Part shown: piece by piece, positions 25,733-39,658 of the stretch | How the letters are laid out: the number at the start of each line of letters is the position of its first letter | Numbering within the stretch: the stretch's first letter is position 1 | NCBI GenBank assembly: GCA_951406725.2 | Contig: OX597822.1 | Coordinates: 54,870,001-54,934,000 of the forward strand | Direction: 5' to 3' | DNA length: 64,000 bases | Origin: Octopus vulgaris | Lineage: Eukaryota | Notes under the pieces: model-generated | Told to the model about the DNA's origin: nothing | Databases searched by the model: none | The model's input: the letters and a program-made list of their open reading frames with translations, nothing else | Program-made: the position numbers and the translations under genes

Positions 25733-26284
25733 TATGTATTATAGCGGTTTGAAAAACTTTGATTAGGCACGCAATTAGTAGACAATCCCCTCCCCATCTA
25801 CGAATAGATTCAAGGCTGTGAATATAGGAATAAGCAACCCCGGACCAAATCACGGTGACCCTTTGGCAAGGCCTAGCACCAAATAACTATCCGAGCCAGG
25901 GTTACGTGAGATCATAGGATGCTGCATGGTGAATGTGAACTATTTCGGCAGATGAGCTTACTGAATCAGTGGCAAATATCACTAGATGCTGAGTGGATGA
26001 ACAGTCAACAAACTGTCAACAGCCAGAAAAGCAGAGAATTACTGCTAATCTGTAGTCGTGGTGTGCACAATGAGATATCATGTATCGAAAGACTAATATA
26101 AGCTGATTCTCCGGGCAAGTTTACCCGTACATATGATGATGATGAGGGCTCCAAATTTCAAAGGAACATTTATTTTCTACCATCAGCACACACCCCATCA
26201 CACTACCAACACTAGCGACCTTACCACACAAATGCTCATACACACCACATATACACCATGCACACGCACCACTCACACACACAC

Positions 26285-26378
<94 letters not shown>

Positions 26379-27064
26379 AATAATATAACGTAAATTACTA
26401 CACCTTACCATGATCACATACCATATCATAGACTTTGGTATATCCTTTCAAAAGAAATTTTATATAGATGTCCTTACCACACCTTAACGTAACGATAGAC
26501 ATTCCTCGCCCTATGCGGTTTATTAAGTCACACACGTGCGCGCACACTTGCACAAAATAAACGACAAATGTATGAATGAATGAGTGAATGGACGAATGAT
26601 AGAATGAATGAATGAGAGGGAGGAAGGAATATGCGTGGAGAAAATAGAGACTTTCCAACGCATTCCAACAAATTCCGGTTTCATTGAAATACAAAAATGA
26701 AAGAAAATAATAAACGAAGATCAACGCAGAGAGCAAACAAGAGAATATTGTAGTATATAATGGATTTTAGCATATTAACAGTTAATACATTGAAAGATAT
26801 TTGGTGTCTAAAATCACTAACTTAATGTATTTTATTATGTAGGTCACTCGTTCGTTCTCGTGTGACAGGATTTCATCTGGAGGGTGTTAGTTAAAGATTG
26901 AGTGAAAGGGGACGGCATTGAAAACTTCTTAACACCAAATCAGTATTGACCGACTTTATTCAGTATGAATTGTTCGATCATTTCTTTTGAAACTTTACGA
27001 GCAGTGATGAAATATAAACGTTTTATATAGATGGCGTCATAAGACTTTATAAATTTTCGAGAGA

Positions 27065-27217
27065 ACGTAGTAAGTAGCTTGCTTACCAACCACATGGTTC
27101 CGGATTCGGTCCCACTGCGTAGCACCTTGGGCAAGTGTCTTCTACTATAGCCTCGGGTCGACCAAAGCCTTGTGAGTGGATTTGGTAGACGGAAACTGAA
27201 AGCCCGTCGTATATATG

Positions 27218-27258
<41 letters not shown>

Positions 27259-27365
27259 TTGTGTGTCGACCTAGGTAGAATTTGAACTCAGAAAATAAAA
27301 ACGGACAAAATACCTCTAAGCATTTTTCCCGGAGTGCTAACGATTCAGCCAGATCGCCGCCTTTA
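27065..27365. mobile_element. 5' half of SINE A (+) joined to a partial SINE B head (-)
   Basis: Family A head and core to ~27265, then AATTTGAACTCAG..GCTAACGATTC..GCCGCC. Confidence 0.8.
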
Positions 27366-28089
27366 TTGGGATAAAATATCAACAAAATTATTAATAGCTA
27401 TTACTAATAGCTTATTTGCTTCGGGAGTCAATGTTCCAAAAAAGAATTATTTCACGTTTTCTCGAAATTTCTAAATTCTTATGACGTCAGCAACACAATT
27501 CTCACTGTTAAAAAAAATATCTAGAATGAACGGAGAAATCCAAAGGAATACTTTGATCCAGTGGTAGACCGTCTGTCATGTCTACAGGTAATTGTGTTTC
27601 TGTGCCACGAGCAGCCTTCGACCTTTTTTCTATAAAAAAAGTTTTTAAACCCAATATTTACACGCTATCATTTATAGCTTATCTTCTTCGAGATCCAATG
27701 TTCCAAAAAAGATAAGTTTTATATTTCAGAACTGATGAACCTAAAAGTCTTGCTTCAGTTTCGGAATTGACTTCTCCAGGAGTTTGGCTTTTATTGATAA
27801 TAGGTTGAGGAGACTTCGCTGAGGTTCTCTCCCGTTCAGGAAAATTGCTTGACTGAGAAACGATATAAAAACGAGAAACAAGTTCTGGTGTAGCCCGAGA
27901 GTCCATTCCAAACAACATGTTATTTTCTTCACCCTTGACTACTTGGTTAACGCGTTCGTATTTGTTACTGCTGTTTAATAAATTTTCTACATAGGTACAC
28001 CCATCCATCCATCCATCCAACCATCCATACATACATACATACATACATACATACATACATACATACATACATACATACATACATACATA

Positions 28090-28375
28090 CAACTGTGTAT
28101 TGTTTTGGAAATCAGCTGCCCAGCGGATGTTAATGTAAAGCTAAAGATCTGTGAAAAAGAGAATACATACGCTGAACTACTGAGGAATCTACACCTACTC
28201 TATCCAGATTACAAGTTCATTCTTATAACTGTAATTATTGGGGCACTGAGATATGTAACACACTGCCAAAATACCAATCTTGAGAAATTAGGCTTCTCAA
28301 CACCAGAAAGCAGAAAGCTGATTTGAAAACTACAAATCCGAGCCATCACTGCAACCGTAAAAAATTGTACAAATT
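28090..28375 (+). pseudogene. C-terminal restriction-like endonuclease region of an R4/Dong-like LINE
   Basis: CVLLEISCPADVNVKLKICEKENTYAELLR..VIIGAL pattern typical of RLE-bearing non-LTR elements. Confidence 0.7.
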
Positions 28376-28504
28376 GTACAGAGGGAATTAACTCCGATAT
28401 ATGAGCAGAATTCTAATATGAGTTACTTATTTCTAGCATGAGCGGGTGATTTAACTTTATAAAGAGTCGACAACTGATCGATGATGGTTTAAAATTCTGG
28501 TAGA

Positions 28505-28685
28505 AGACCAGGAGTTAAGTCGATTACATTGACCTCGGCGTTCAACTAGTACTTATTTTAACGACACCAAAAGGATGAAAGGCAAAATCGACCTCGGCAG
28601 AAATTGAATTCAGAACGTAAAGAGAGACGAAATGCCGCTAAGCATTTTTTTCCGACCTACTAACGATTCTGCCAGCTCGCAGTCT
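28505..28685 (-). mobile_element. SINE family B, diverged
   Basis: Family consensus blocks. Confidence 0.8.
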
Positions 28686-29381
28686 TAATTAAACCTGACC
28701 AATATTAAAGTATTTTCTGTTTACAAAGAAGAGGCTCAGTTCTTTGGAATGCGGTTTTATTAATTTGATATATGTGAGATCACTGCATGAGATCATCAGT
28801 TTTGGAGGCATAACATTCTGGCTATGTTGGGAGTTTTAGTTAAGGTGTGTGATGCAAGGCAGCTTAGGTATTTATCGATATTGCGCCTTTGTATTGTTAA
28901 TAGTAATGTTCGAGATTTCTGTCTGTAGATGCTGTAGATATGTTTGGTATTTAGGTTACGGCTGGGTGCCGCCGGTGCATGGAAAGCTAAGAAGAAATGA
29001 AGGGCGATAGCATTAACAAGTAGGTCATTAATGTAAAATCAAAATAAAAAGATGATAAATGGCGTGGCTATATATTACTTACCTTTTTTTTTATCGCCTT
29101 TGAAATGTTGGAAGTAATAATGATTGGTTGGTGGTGAGCACGGTCAGAGAAGCTGTCTTTCTTTACCATGAGTCATTGTCACGTGTGTCCAAAGGTTGGG
29201 ATAAATCTCTGTAAAGAGATAAATATTTGAAAAATGTGGTGACGAAATGTTCTATTTCAAGGACACACTGAGGGTACTACAAGAAACCCTGTCCACCTCC
29301 AGTCAACTTAGGAGGTTGAAACGATTGGGGAAGATTTGTGCTCAGAAGCTGTGTTTACAGGGTAGGGAGACAGGTACCGTC

Positions 29382-30217
29382 GAGTAAAGGATTTCGAGCC
29401 AACTTCTATTGCTGCATTTAAAATGCGGAGTTAGCAAATGAAGTTACAGCCTGCAGAAGCAATTATTACAGAGCTATCTTATTTCTTTATTGCCCACAAG
29501 GAGCTAAAAATAGTGGGGACAAACAAAGAGATTGGGTCGATTACATCGATCCTAGTCCTTAACTGGTACTTAATCTATCGACCCCGAAAGGATGAAAGGC
29601 AAAGTCGACCTCGGCCGAATTTAAACTCAGAACGTAACGGCAGACGAAGCACTGCTAATCATTTCGCCCGGCGTGCTAACGTTTCTGCCAGTTCGCCGCC
29701 TTGGCTATCTTGGCTGAGGAGTAATAGGTGTAATAATTCTGTAAAAATGGAAGAGAAAGTCTTCAAAGTACCTATTCAGGAGTTCTTCCTGAATCTCAAA
29801 TTGCTGGTATTTTGATTGTTGATTACGCATATGATATCTTCATTTACTCGTTTAGTATTCAACAACTTTTGTCTGAGTGATGCAATGTAGCACTCAAAGA
29901 AATTTAATATCTTTCTAGTCTTGATGTCCGAGTTACAGACTTGTTCAAGCGTGTAGTCTAGTATCGTAAATGTTAGTTCTATCATTAGCTCCGCAAAAAT
30001 TATGGGATATAGTTTTACTGAATGCAGACCCCTTTATCGCCGGAACGTTACTCACAACACCAACGTATGCCACATTCTTATCGATTCCGAGATACTTGTA
30101 GCATTTGTGTATTTGTCAATGGAGACAGTGAAGATAGACAGCATTGACAGCCATATTCCTCATACGATCAGTAATCATTCCTCGATTGTTTACAAAATAT
30201 GAATACTTTTTAAGACC
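29382..30217 (-). pseudogene. R4/Dong-like LINE RT C-terminal fragment (inverted homolog of 32718-33330), containing a SINE B at ~29481-29702
   Basis: ILDYTLEQVCNSDIKTRKIL peptide; nucleotide match to reverse complement of 32718-33330. Confidence 0.7.
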
Positions 30218-31299
30218 AATCATTTGCATTGATTGAAGGAAAGATTTCAAAGTACCACTTGCTAGATTTTGCCTTATTTCTATTCGACACATTCAGTAAT
30301 ACATACAAAACAGTATGTAAAAATGCAGAAATATCTCACATTCCACGGGTAAACACTACTTTTCAATTTGTTTTTTATTTCTGATATTAAAAATCACATG
30401 TAAACCTTCGTTTTGATTAAATTTCAATAAACAAAAGAACATTATATAGTCCTGGTGAAAAATTAAAAAAACTGTGAATACGAGATATCATAGGTAAAAG
30501 TCAAAGTTCGTGACTTTTTGACTTCTGACGCCCTTTTTTACAAAATAAATTTGCTTATCATTTGCATTAACTTGGAGATCTTGCAGTCATTTTATATGGT
30601 CATTTGAAAACTTTTTGCGAAGAGTTGCAAAGTCAGGGCTGTTTGAATTTTCCATACCCCTAATTTTTTACCTCCAGCTATAAAAATGGGTGTGGTCAAA
30701 AAGTCCATGGTGGGGTATCTTCCATCCCAGTTTTTTTTTTTTTTTTGCTGGCAACATCAATTTTCTGACTCGTTGCAACTAAATCTACATGAAAATACCC
30801 ATTAAAGTAAATCACAAAGTAGGGGGGACACGACCCGCCCCCCATCACTAGCCCATGATCTATATGTATGTGTGTTAGCATTTACTTCTGTTTCTAGATT
30901 TCTTGCCGATGGAGAGAGCTGGATTCTCATGTCGATCCAAGGCTCCTTCTTTGGAATATCAACAACAGAAATGGGATGATCGTGCATGTTTATGTGTATA
31001 TGTGCAAGTATTTGGAGTTATTGCATCTGCAGATCTTTTATCTTTTGTTTTATATATGTATACATACTCAAACATATAGCTGCACGCTTAAACATGTGTT
31101 ATGTATGTATATATGTATGTTATAAGCGGAGTCATATAAGTGTTTGAGTGTGAGTGGCTGGAGTGTGTGTGTGTGGGGGGGGGGTGCTTGTATATCCCCC
31201 ACCCCACCTCCATCGATGGAAATTGGACCAGTACGCAGGAAGACGATATCCCTTTTAAAGAATGCTTCACTGTTTACCTCAAGCTTATCCAATGAAAGA

Positions 31300-33330
31300 A
31301 CGATTATGAAAGGAGCCTGTAGAGAATTCTGTTACCTCGTTATAATTTGTAATCGATGAGAGTCTCAGAGATTGTTTGAGAACACAACTTAAACAGACTT
31401 TCCCTCTCCTAAAAACATCGTTGCAGACATCAAACATTGGTCTGGTGGATACTACCATTAGATACAAAATGAATAATGAATTGTCAAATCACCAGCCACA
31501 ACTATATGAAAGACACTACAAAAACCTATGGGAACAACTGGTAAGAGACTCTCACAAGTATGCTGATTGCCATTAAACACGAACAATCAAAAGCTTTGTT
31601 TCCGTAAGAAATTACAGTTTAGCGATATTAACTTCTAGTATATATGACATCATAACTGAAATTCGCCTGATAATAGCAAACAACCAGAAGTAAACTACAA
31701 TGGACATGTCCAACAGTCGGTTATTGGTATAGGAAGTTCACGTTTTAAAATAATGAATCTTGAACCCGGTGTGCTAAACTGATTGATTGTTGCACGGACA
31801 ACACTCGTACCTAAGAACCAAGAGACACATGAGGCCCAAAACTGCAGGCTCACAGTTTTTGGCAACATGTGTCTCTTGATATATGTGTCTCCGAGTACAT
31901 TTAGCATGCATAAATGTACCCAGATTTCTTGAACGTTTTTTTTCTCCAAGATGACTACAAAGTAAACGATGTGTTAAATGGTAAGCAGGTAGGAGGAAAG
32001 AAAGAAATTTTGAGCTGTTTATTAAAGAGTTGTTCTTCAGAAAACGAAGTAGCATGACCAATTTTCACCAACTGTATCGCTAGGCTATGAGAATATATTT
32101 GATTCTATTTTTCACTCATGAAATACTCGAGTCATTATGCCTTACCAAGGATCCATTTGCTTGAGTTATACCATTAAAAGACTGAATACAACTAGGCCCA
32201 CAGAGCTAAAAACTGAATCGGTTACTATGTTCACAAACAGAAAATATTTTATCGACTGGAATGTTGCAGAGTAAAACTTCATTTGTAATGTTGTCCGTCC
32301 TAGCAGTGAATCCTTTTGAGGAAATAGGAAATGAGAAAGCATCACGGTTACACATTAAGATCTATGGAGGAGAAGAAAATTATTTCACCTACACCTTTTC
32401 GTCGATACTCTAAACTTTTATTCGTGTAATAGTCATGACACCAAGAGACCAGCTAGAACTGGTCATAATGCTTCCACATAAACTTAAGATAAGGCAGCAA
32501 GCTGGCAAAATCGTTCGCACGCCGGACTAAATGCTTAACGACATTCCGTCTGTCTTTAAGTTCTGAGTTCAAATGCCGCCGAGGTCGTTTGTCTTTCATC
32601 CTTCCGGCGTCGATAAAACAGGTCGGACACTGGGATTGATGTAATCGACTTACTTCCTCCCCCGAAACTGCTGGCCTTGTGCCAAAATTTGAAACCAGTA
32701 TTTTCACAGGAGTTAGGAATAGTCTTAAAAAATTTTCATATTTTGTAAACAATCCAGAAATGATTACTGACCATATGACGATTATGGCAGTCAATGTACT
32801 GTCTATCTCCACTGACTCCAATGACAAATGCACGAATGCTACAAGTATCTCGGAATTGATAAAAAGGAGGCATACTTTGCTGCTGTGAGTAACGTTACGG
32901 CGATAATGGGGTCTGCATTCAGTAAAACTATATCCCATAATTTTTACGATACTAGAACAAGTCTGTAACTCGGACATCAAGACTAGCAAGATATTAACTC
33001 CTAGAGGTAACTTCTACATCAACATGGACACTGGTAGGAACTATGTAAGAAGAAATATTTAAGGCAGAAGTATAAATTTCTTTGAGTGATATATTATATC
33101 GCTCAGACAAAAGTTGCTGAACAGTAAACGGAAAAATGAAGATATATGCGTACTCAAAAATCAAAATACCAGCAATTTGAGATTCAGGAAGAATTCCTGA
33201 ATAGGTACTCTGAAGATTTTCTCTTCCAATTTTACAGAATTATTACACCTATTACTCCTCAGCTGTAATTCCATTTGCTAACTCCGCATTTTAGACGCAG
33301 CATTAAAAGTTGGCTTGAAATCCTTTACTC
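31300..33330 (+). pseudogene. Decayed R4/Dong-like LINE RT region with SINE B insertion at ~32492-32700
   Basis: HLFVDTLNFY (~HLLFVDDLKLY), DIKTSKILTPRGNFYIN; many stops and deletions. Confidence 0.6.
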
Positions 33331-33344
33331 ATATACATATATAG

Positions 33345-33496
33345 TTGAAATTTACAGAAAAACAAAAGACGAAGACAGGTATATGAACAACAAGCAGGTG
33401 AATTAGTCGAGCCTACGATCTGCAACAGAAAGGAAAGAAAATAAACACAGAGAGAATAAAAAAACTTGTAGATTTAGCGATCAACGACAGCGACTG

Positions 33497-33566
<70 letters not shown>

Positions 33567-33800
33567 AAAGTTAATCCAAACAAGAAACCAAAAACAAAAA
33601 AACAACAACGCAAGGACGTGGAACAAATAAAATATTATTGGACGCTCAGGAAAGAAGGGAAGACGTTTCGAGCGGGGGCTCTTCGTCGGAAGCATAGGAG
33701 AAGGAAAGATCCCGAGAAGGGAAGACAGGGGGGAAAAATCGCTAGTGATACAGACGAGGTCACATACTAAAAGACGGAAGTGGTAAAAATAGAAGAATAA
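33345..33800 (-). mobile_element. Two Penelope-like P1 terminal fragments separated by (TA)n
   Basis: Minus strand CCGACGA AGAGC CCCC GCTC GAAACGTC (~33663-33690) and CTGTTGCAGATCGTAGGCTCG (~33408-33428), homologous to 54760-54990. Confidence 0.6.
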
Positions 33801-33959
33801 TGTTTTTTAAAAGACAGGAGAGCTGTATCAAAGACTGTGTGGTAAAGAAAGTGAGAGGGGGAATGTGTGTGGGTGTAGTGTGTGTGGGTGTAGTGTGTGT
33901 GGGTGTAGTGTGTGTGGGTGTAGTGCGTGCGGGGAGGTCAGCGTGTGCGCGTATATATA

Positions 33960-35237
33960 TATCAATAATAATAAAGGATAAAATTAATTAATTAATAATT
34001 AATAATTCCACCAAGTAGTATTCGGCATGTTAAAAGGACCATTTACGGTAAACGTAAACAATATTTTTTATAATTATAAATATAATCATAATTAGGGTTT
34101 GGCAAAAAAATTTGCTTAACCAGATACCGAACTTTAGAAGTTCGGTATCTGATTAAGCAAATTTTTTGGCCAAACGGTATGTGGTTAAGCAAATTTTTTT
34201 GCCAAAACCTAATTATAATTATATTCATAATTATAACAAATATTACATATATATCGTTTTCTTCGTCTGCCGAAAAAGGCATTTTTTTTCCAAATACGCC
34301 AGCTATACTAAGTTGTACTGTCTATAGTCGTAAGACACCCGCTGTTTTTGTCCTGTTATTATTATTATTGTTTTTTGTATTTATATTCGTGTGGCATCGT
34401 CCGTTTTTCTGTCCTTATTTCGTATACATTCGATCCTTTTTCCAAGAAATCTAATGCTCGTAGCTTAGTTTTTCCTTGGGGCTGGCCGGATCGGAGCGAT
34501 CTCAAGATTAATCAGCCGAAACTGCTTCGAACAGTGGAAAACGCAGCTGGACCGATGCATTGCTTCAAATGGAGAATACTTTGAAAAACGATAAAAGTGT
34601 AAACATGTAAAACGAATTGAATAAAATAATATTGCAATATTCCAGTTTCTTTTGGGTACCCACTTATGCATATATATATATTTGTTCCCCTTCTTTCTCT
34701 CTTCATCTGTCCCTTTCTCCTCTCTTTTGTCCTCACGTGACCAGCCAGCGACTACTGCCTTTTCGCATCCAGCAGTCATTGTGGCCACACGTATTTGTTT
34801 GTTCTCTGTGGCCTTAAGGAACTCTTCTATAGCCAGCTCAAAACTTAACTCGTCCTGTCGAAAAGACGCTTGTCCTGACGTCCTGCTTTTGTTGTTATCC
34901 TTACCATTATTGTTTTTACGTATTTTGTATTCTTATTCGTGCTATCATTATTGTTTTTACGTATTTTTGTATTTTTATTCGTGTAACATCGTCCGTTTTC
35001 CGTCCCTGTGTTGTATACATTCGAGGCTTTCTTCCAAGGAATCTAATGCGTTTGGCTTAGATTTCCCTTGGGGGCTGCCCAGATCGGAGCAATCTCAAGA
35101 TTAATCAGCCGAAATTGCGAAGATGATCCGGTTCTTGACTGATGATTGAGGGCTTCGAATGTCCCGTCCGTGTTTTTTTTTTTGTGTCGTCTTCTAAATG
35201 TTTCACGTTCTTGTCCCAGTTTGTTTATTTTTTTGTA

Positions 35238-35242
<5 letters not shown>
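33960..35242 (+). mobile_element. Composite of Penelope-like termini (family P3): hairpin/inverted segment and two tandem pseudo-LTR-like copies
   Basis: Hairpin AGATACCGAACT-TTAGA-AGTTCGGTATCT (~34122-34150); direct repeat ~34340-34525 vs ~34880-35115; ends at (TA)n. Confidence 0.6.
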
Positions 35243-35290
<48 letters not shown>

Positions 35291-35945
35291 GTTGTCTGTA
35301 TGTATAGACGTTATCAATTTTCCTTGATGGCGCCTCTCTGTAGGATAACGACGACGACGACGACGACGACGAAGAAGAAGAAGAAGAAGAAGAAGAAGAA
35401 GAAGAAGAAGAAGAAGAAGAAGAAGAAGAAGAAGAAGAAGAAGAAGAAGAATTTCAGAAGCAGCAGCAACAACAGCAACACAAAACAACTAAAAATATGC
35501 ATTGTAAGTAAAGAGAAAAAAAAATACAGGTAGATGAGAAATAAGGACGAAGTAAAGAGATGATAGATATCGGGAGAAAATTCGTTAGCTGTGGTCGCGG
35601 TGATGGTAGACATAAGGTATGTGGTAGTGCTTCAAGTGGTGTGATTATGGTGGTGGTGGTGGTGGTGGTGATAGTGGTGTGTATGTTGGGCGATAGCTGT
35701 CCAGTTTGAAATACGAGAAATATGCTATTTATGTAGGTCAGAGAAGTGACAGGTGGAATATGATATGTTGGTGGGGGTGGCGCTGTTGGTGGGAGAAAAG
35801 GTGTTAGTAGTGATGATGGCGGAGAAAGCGGTGGTGGCTGTGGTCGTCATCATCGACGTTCTGTTGATAACGCTGGTGATGATGGTATTTAGACGATCTG
35901 TTTATCTATCTATCTGTCTGTCTGTCTGCCCGTCTGTCCGTCTCC

Positions 35946-35983
<38 letters not shown>

Positions 35984-36016
35984 GCGCGCGCGCACGCACT
36001 CACACACCCACTCACA

Positions 36017-36071
<55 letters not shown>

Positions 36072-36639
36072 CGAAAGTGGGTGTCGAGAAATAAGTCGGA
36101 GGCCAGTGACATGCGAAGACAGTTTATTAAAATCATTTTCGTTTCGAGAAACGGTAAACAAACACCCACTGGAATGTGCAAACGACTCTGAATGAAAAGG
36201 AGAGATAATCTCAAGTAATCAACAATTCTCCAGTTTAACATGCCACGTAAAAAAAAGAGACTCCTTTTTTCTTATTTTTTGTTTTCTTCTGGGGAGGAGA
36301 GGACAGCTGCGGGTACGTGTTTCTACCTCAATATATATGTCACCAGTAAAGCAAATATTCAATAGCATTGTTTTATTCTGTTTGAGGAGCTATCTACACA
36401 TCCAAGAAACTCTAGGGCATTGATTGTCAAACCTATCAAAAAAATTTGTGTGCCGGTTCCCTTACAGTTTTTTCGATGATTCGTAGTCCCCTATAAAACG
36501 CAGAATAATCAACGTGGAAAACAATGACAAACATTCGTGTACCATAATTTCTGGACTATGAATTGCACTACCCATAGGTCTGCAATCCCGAAAACCACAA
36601 CTTGATCTAGGCTATGCACCATTGGGATACACTGAAAGC

Positions 36640-37265
36640 ACATGAAAAGAATGTTCTCTAGAGAAATTCAGCGAACACCAGAACATAAACGGGTAAGACA
36701 GATGAAAATATACAAAATATAGAATTAATAGTAGACCGATTTCGCCACTAACGATTTTACTTACGTAATCATCTTCTGTGAACTCTTCAGTACGATCGTT
36801 CCAATTCACTATAATTTATAGAACTATACACGAGTTGTCCTCATAAAATTAGACGAGTGTATAGTTCTACCGATTACATTGGGGTTATTTTCAAATGTCT
36901 ATGTTCTGGCGCGCCAAATCCCGGAAAGAGTTCCGCAGTAGATAATTCACTGCAGTTAATGTCGCTGGTTAGAGAACATAATTATTTAAAATTTAAATAA
37001 TGAGGGTGATAAATTGAATATTAATTTAATTAACATCAATTTAAAACCAGTAGCCTAGCATATAGAAAAATCTGAGAATTCAGAAAAATTGTAATACATG
37101 CGTATAATAAGGGATGACCACTAAGTGGACATTCAATATGCTAGAAGAAGATCATATACGATCTAACCACAAAGAAAGAATGTTCTCTAGAGAAATTCAG
37201 CAAACACCAGAACATAAGCGGGTAAGACATGTTCTAGTGTTTGCTGAATTTCTCTAGAGAACATT
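36640..37265. mobile_element. Penelope-like fragment with direct and inverted terminal repeats and a decayed long-stem hammerhead
   Basis: AAAGAATGTTCTCTAGAGAAATTCAG..CCAGAACATAA at ~36646 and ~37175, inverted copy ~37230-37265; TAGAACTATACAC..GTGTATAGTTCTA stem. Confidence 0.55.
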
Positions 37266-37414
37266 GATGAGAGCGGTGAGAGATTTAGAAGACAAGACAA
37301 CGACCTCAATTCACTAACATAACAGAAGCAGGAACAACGACAACAACGATAGCGTATCACCGACAGGGGCTTGGCCTGTTAGAAATAACAACCAAATCTC
37401 CCACAAATCCTATA

Positions 37415-37648
37415 CCTATTTCTTTATTACCCACAAGGGGCTAAACATAGAGGAGACAAACAAGGACAGACATAGATATTAAGTCGATTACATCGACCCC
37501 AGTGTGTAACTGGTACTTAATTTATCGACCCCGAAAGGATGAAAGGCAAAGTCGACCTCGGCGGGATTTGAACTCACAACGTAATGGCAGACGAAATACC
37601 GCTAAGCATTTCGCCCACCGTCCTAACGATTCTGTCAGCTCGCCGCCT
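37415..37648 (-). mobile_element. SINE family B with ~24-bp TSD CAAATCTCCCACAAATCCTATACC
   Basis: Duplicated flanks visible. Confidence 0.92.
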
Positions 37649-38249
37649 TACAAATCTCCCACAAATCCTATACCACCATTCTAAAATATCTGGGATGTAC
37701 ATTAGATAATGTAGTCCTAAATAATACTCTAATTAGGATGGTCACGGGAGGAATACCTTTAGCCACAGATTTACTCGATCAGAACAAATATGAGTGACAA
37801 ACAACACCAATTACAGTAGCAATAGCACCAGCAGCAGCCGTTCAAGAATTTGGATCTCCATTTCCAGCGACTTCGAGGGCCACCTCCCAGTGGTGTCGGG
37901 CGTCAACGAAGAACCCTCGACTACAACAAGACGACCAAAGTTTTTTTTTGCCAAGGTCTGGGGTATCCCGCCCCTAAGCCCTAGACCATCACCTAATCAC
38001 CCTTACCCGTCTTGTTGCTTAACAACAACAACAACAACAACAGCAGCAGTAGTAGTAGTAGTAGCAGTAGTAGTAGCAGTAACAGTAGTGACATATCAGT
38101 GTAGTTATATGTAACGGCTCATTCTGCTAGAAATACTAACCAAACTTCATTTAAACTTGACCAGACTGTCGTAGCATAAGAAGGACACATTGTAATTCCA
38201 CACATACAGTCTCGTAAATAAGACAGAACGTCTTTGACTTTACAGAAGC

Positions 38250-38838
38250 GGTCTTGACTGTAGTTAAGAAGCCCGCTTTGCAAACAGGTGATTTTGAGTT
38301 CAGTTCCACTGCACGTCACCTTAAGAGTAAATTTGGTAGATGGGAAACTGTATGGAATCCCGTCAAATATATTTGTGTGTTTGTTCCCTCCTCCAGCCAC
38401 CACCCTTAAGAACTATTGGTGGTTAGTTTACGTCCTCGAATTCTATCATTCAGCAAAAGCGAATGATAGAATATGTACCAATTTCTTTTATAAAAAATAA
38501 ATAAACTAAGTACTTGGGTCGAGTTGTTCAGTAAAATCTCCCTTCAAGGTGGCGCCCCAGCATGGCCGCAGTCCAATGACAGGGGCAATAAATCGATAAT
38601 ATACATATTTCTTTATTGCCCACAAGGGGCTAAACATAGAGGGGACAAACAAGGACAGACAAAGAGATTAAGTCGATTACATCGACCCCAGTGCGTAACT
38701 GGTACTTTATTTATCGACCCCGAAGGGATGAAAGGCAAAGTCGACCTCGGCGGAATTTGAACTCACAACGTAACGACAGACGAAATACGGCTACGCATTT
38801 CGCCCGGCGTGCTAACGTTTCTGCCAGCTCGCCGCCTT
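38250..38838. mobile_element. Diverged SINE A (+) with a SINE B (-, ~38605-38838) at its tail
   Basis: Family consensus blocks. Confidence 0.8.
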
Positions 38839-38991
38839 ATAAATTTATAATATATACGCCTGTTCGTCCCAGGTCGACCTCGGGCTAAGCAACAACATCA
38901 AAAATAAACAAAGAACAGCAGCAGCAATATGAGCAGTAGCGACAACAACAATAACAACAAGAGCAGTAACCGCCGCCGCCGCCGCCGCAGT

Positions 38992-39023
<32 letters not shown>

Positions 39024-39132
39024 CACGGGTTCCAGTTACCGACTGTATGATTAGAATTCACCATGAACTACTTGGTATCATGATTGAAATTCCAGCACTG
39101 GCAAACAGGTACGACCAGTGATTATGTATGTG

Positions 39133-39183
<51 letters not shown>

Positions 39184-39228
39184 GTATATATATGTATATA
39201 TATGTATATATATGTATATATATGTATA

Positions 39229-39294
<66 letters not shown>

Positions 39295-39513
39295 CAGAGA
39301 GAGAGAGAGAGAAACAGAAACGGTCATATATATATACATATATATATATATATGTATGTATCACTGAGATGTGCAATCCCTCATACCCACGTACACACAT
39401 TCATTCACACATATATATGCTACTACAGACATCTGTGTATGTATAATTATATATCGTATCTTTTATCTTTTGTTTCAGTCATTAGACTGCGACCATGCTG
39501 AGGCATCTATATG

Positions 39514-39554
<41 letters not shown>

Positions 39555-39612
39555 GGGCGCGCGAGTGCGTGCAGATGAACATATATATACATATTTGTAT
39601 TTATATACTTAC

Positions 39613-39658
<46 letters not shown>

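Noticed and set aside
33864-33923. 15-bp tandem repeat (TGTGTGTGGGTGTAG x4) resembling telomeric sequence
   Set aside because: Not TTAGGG; a simple expansion from a TG microsatellite.
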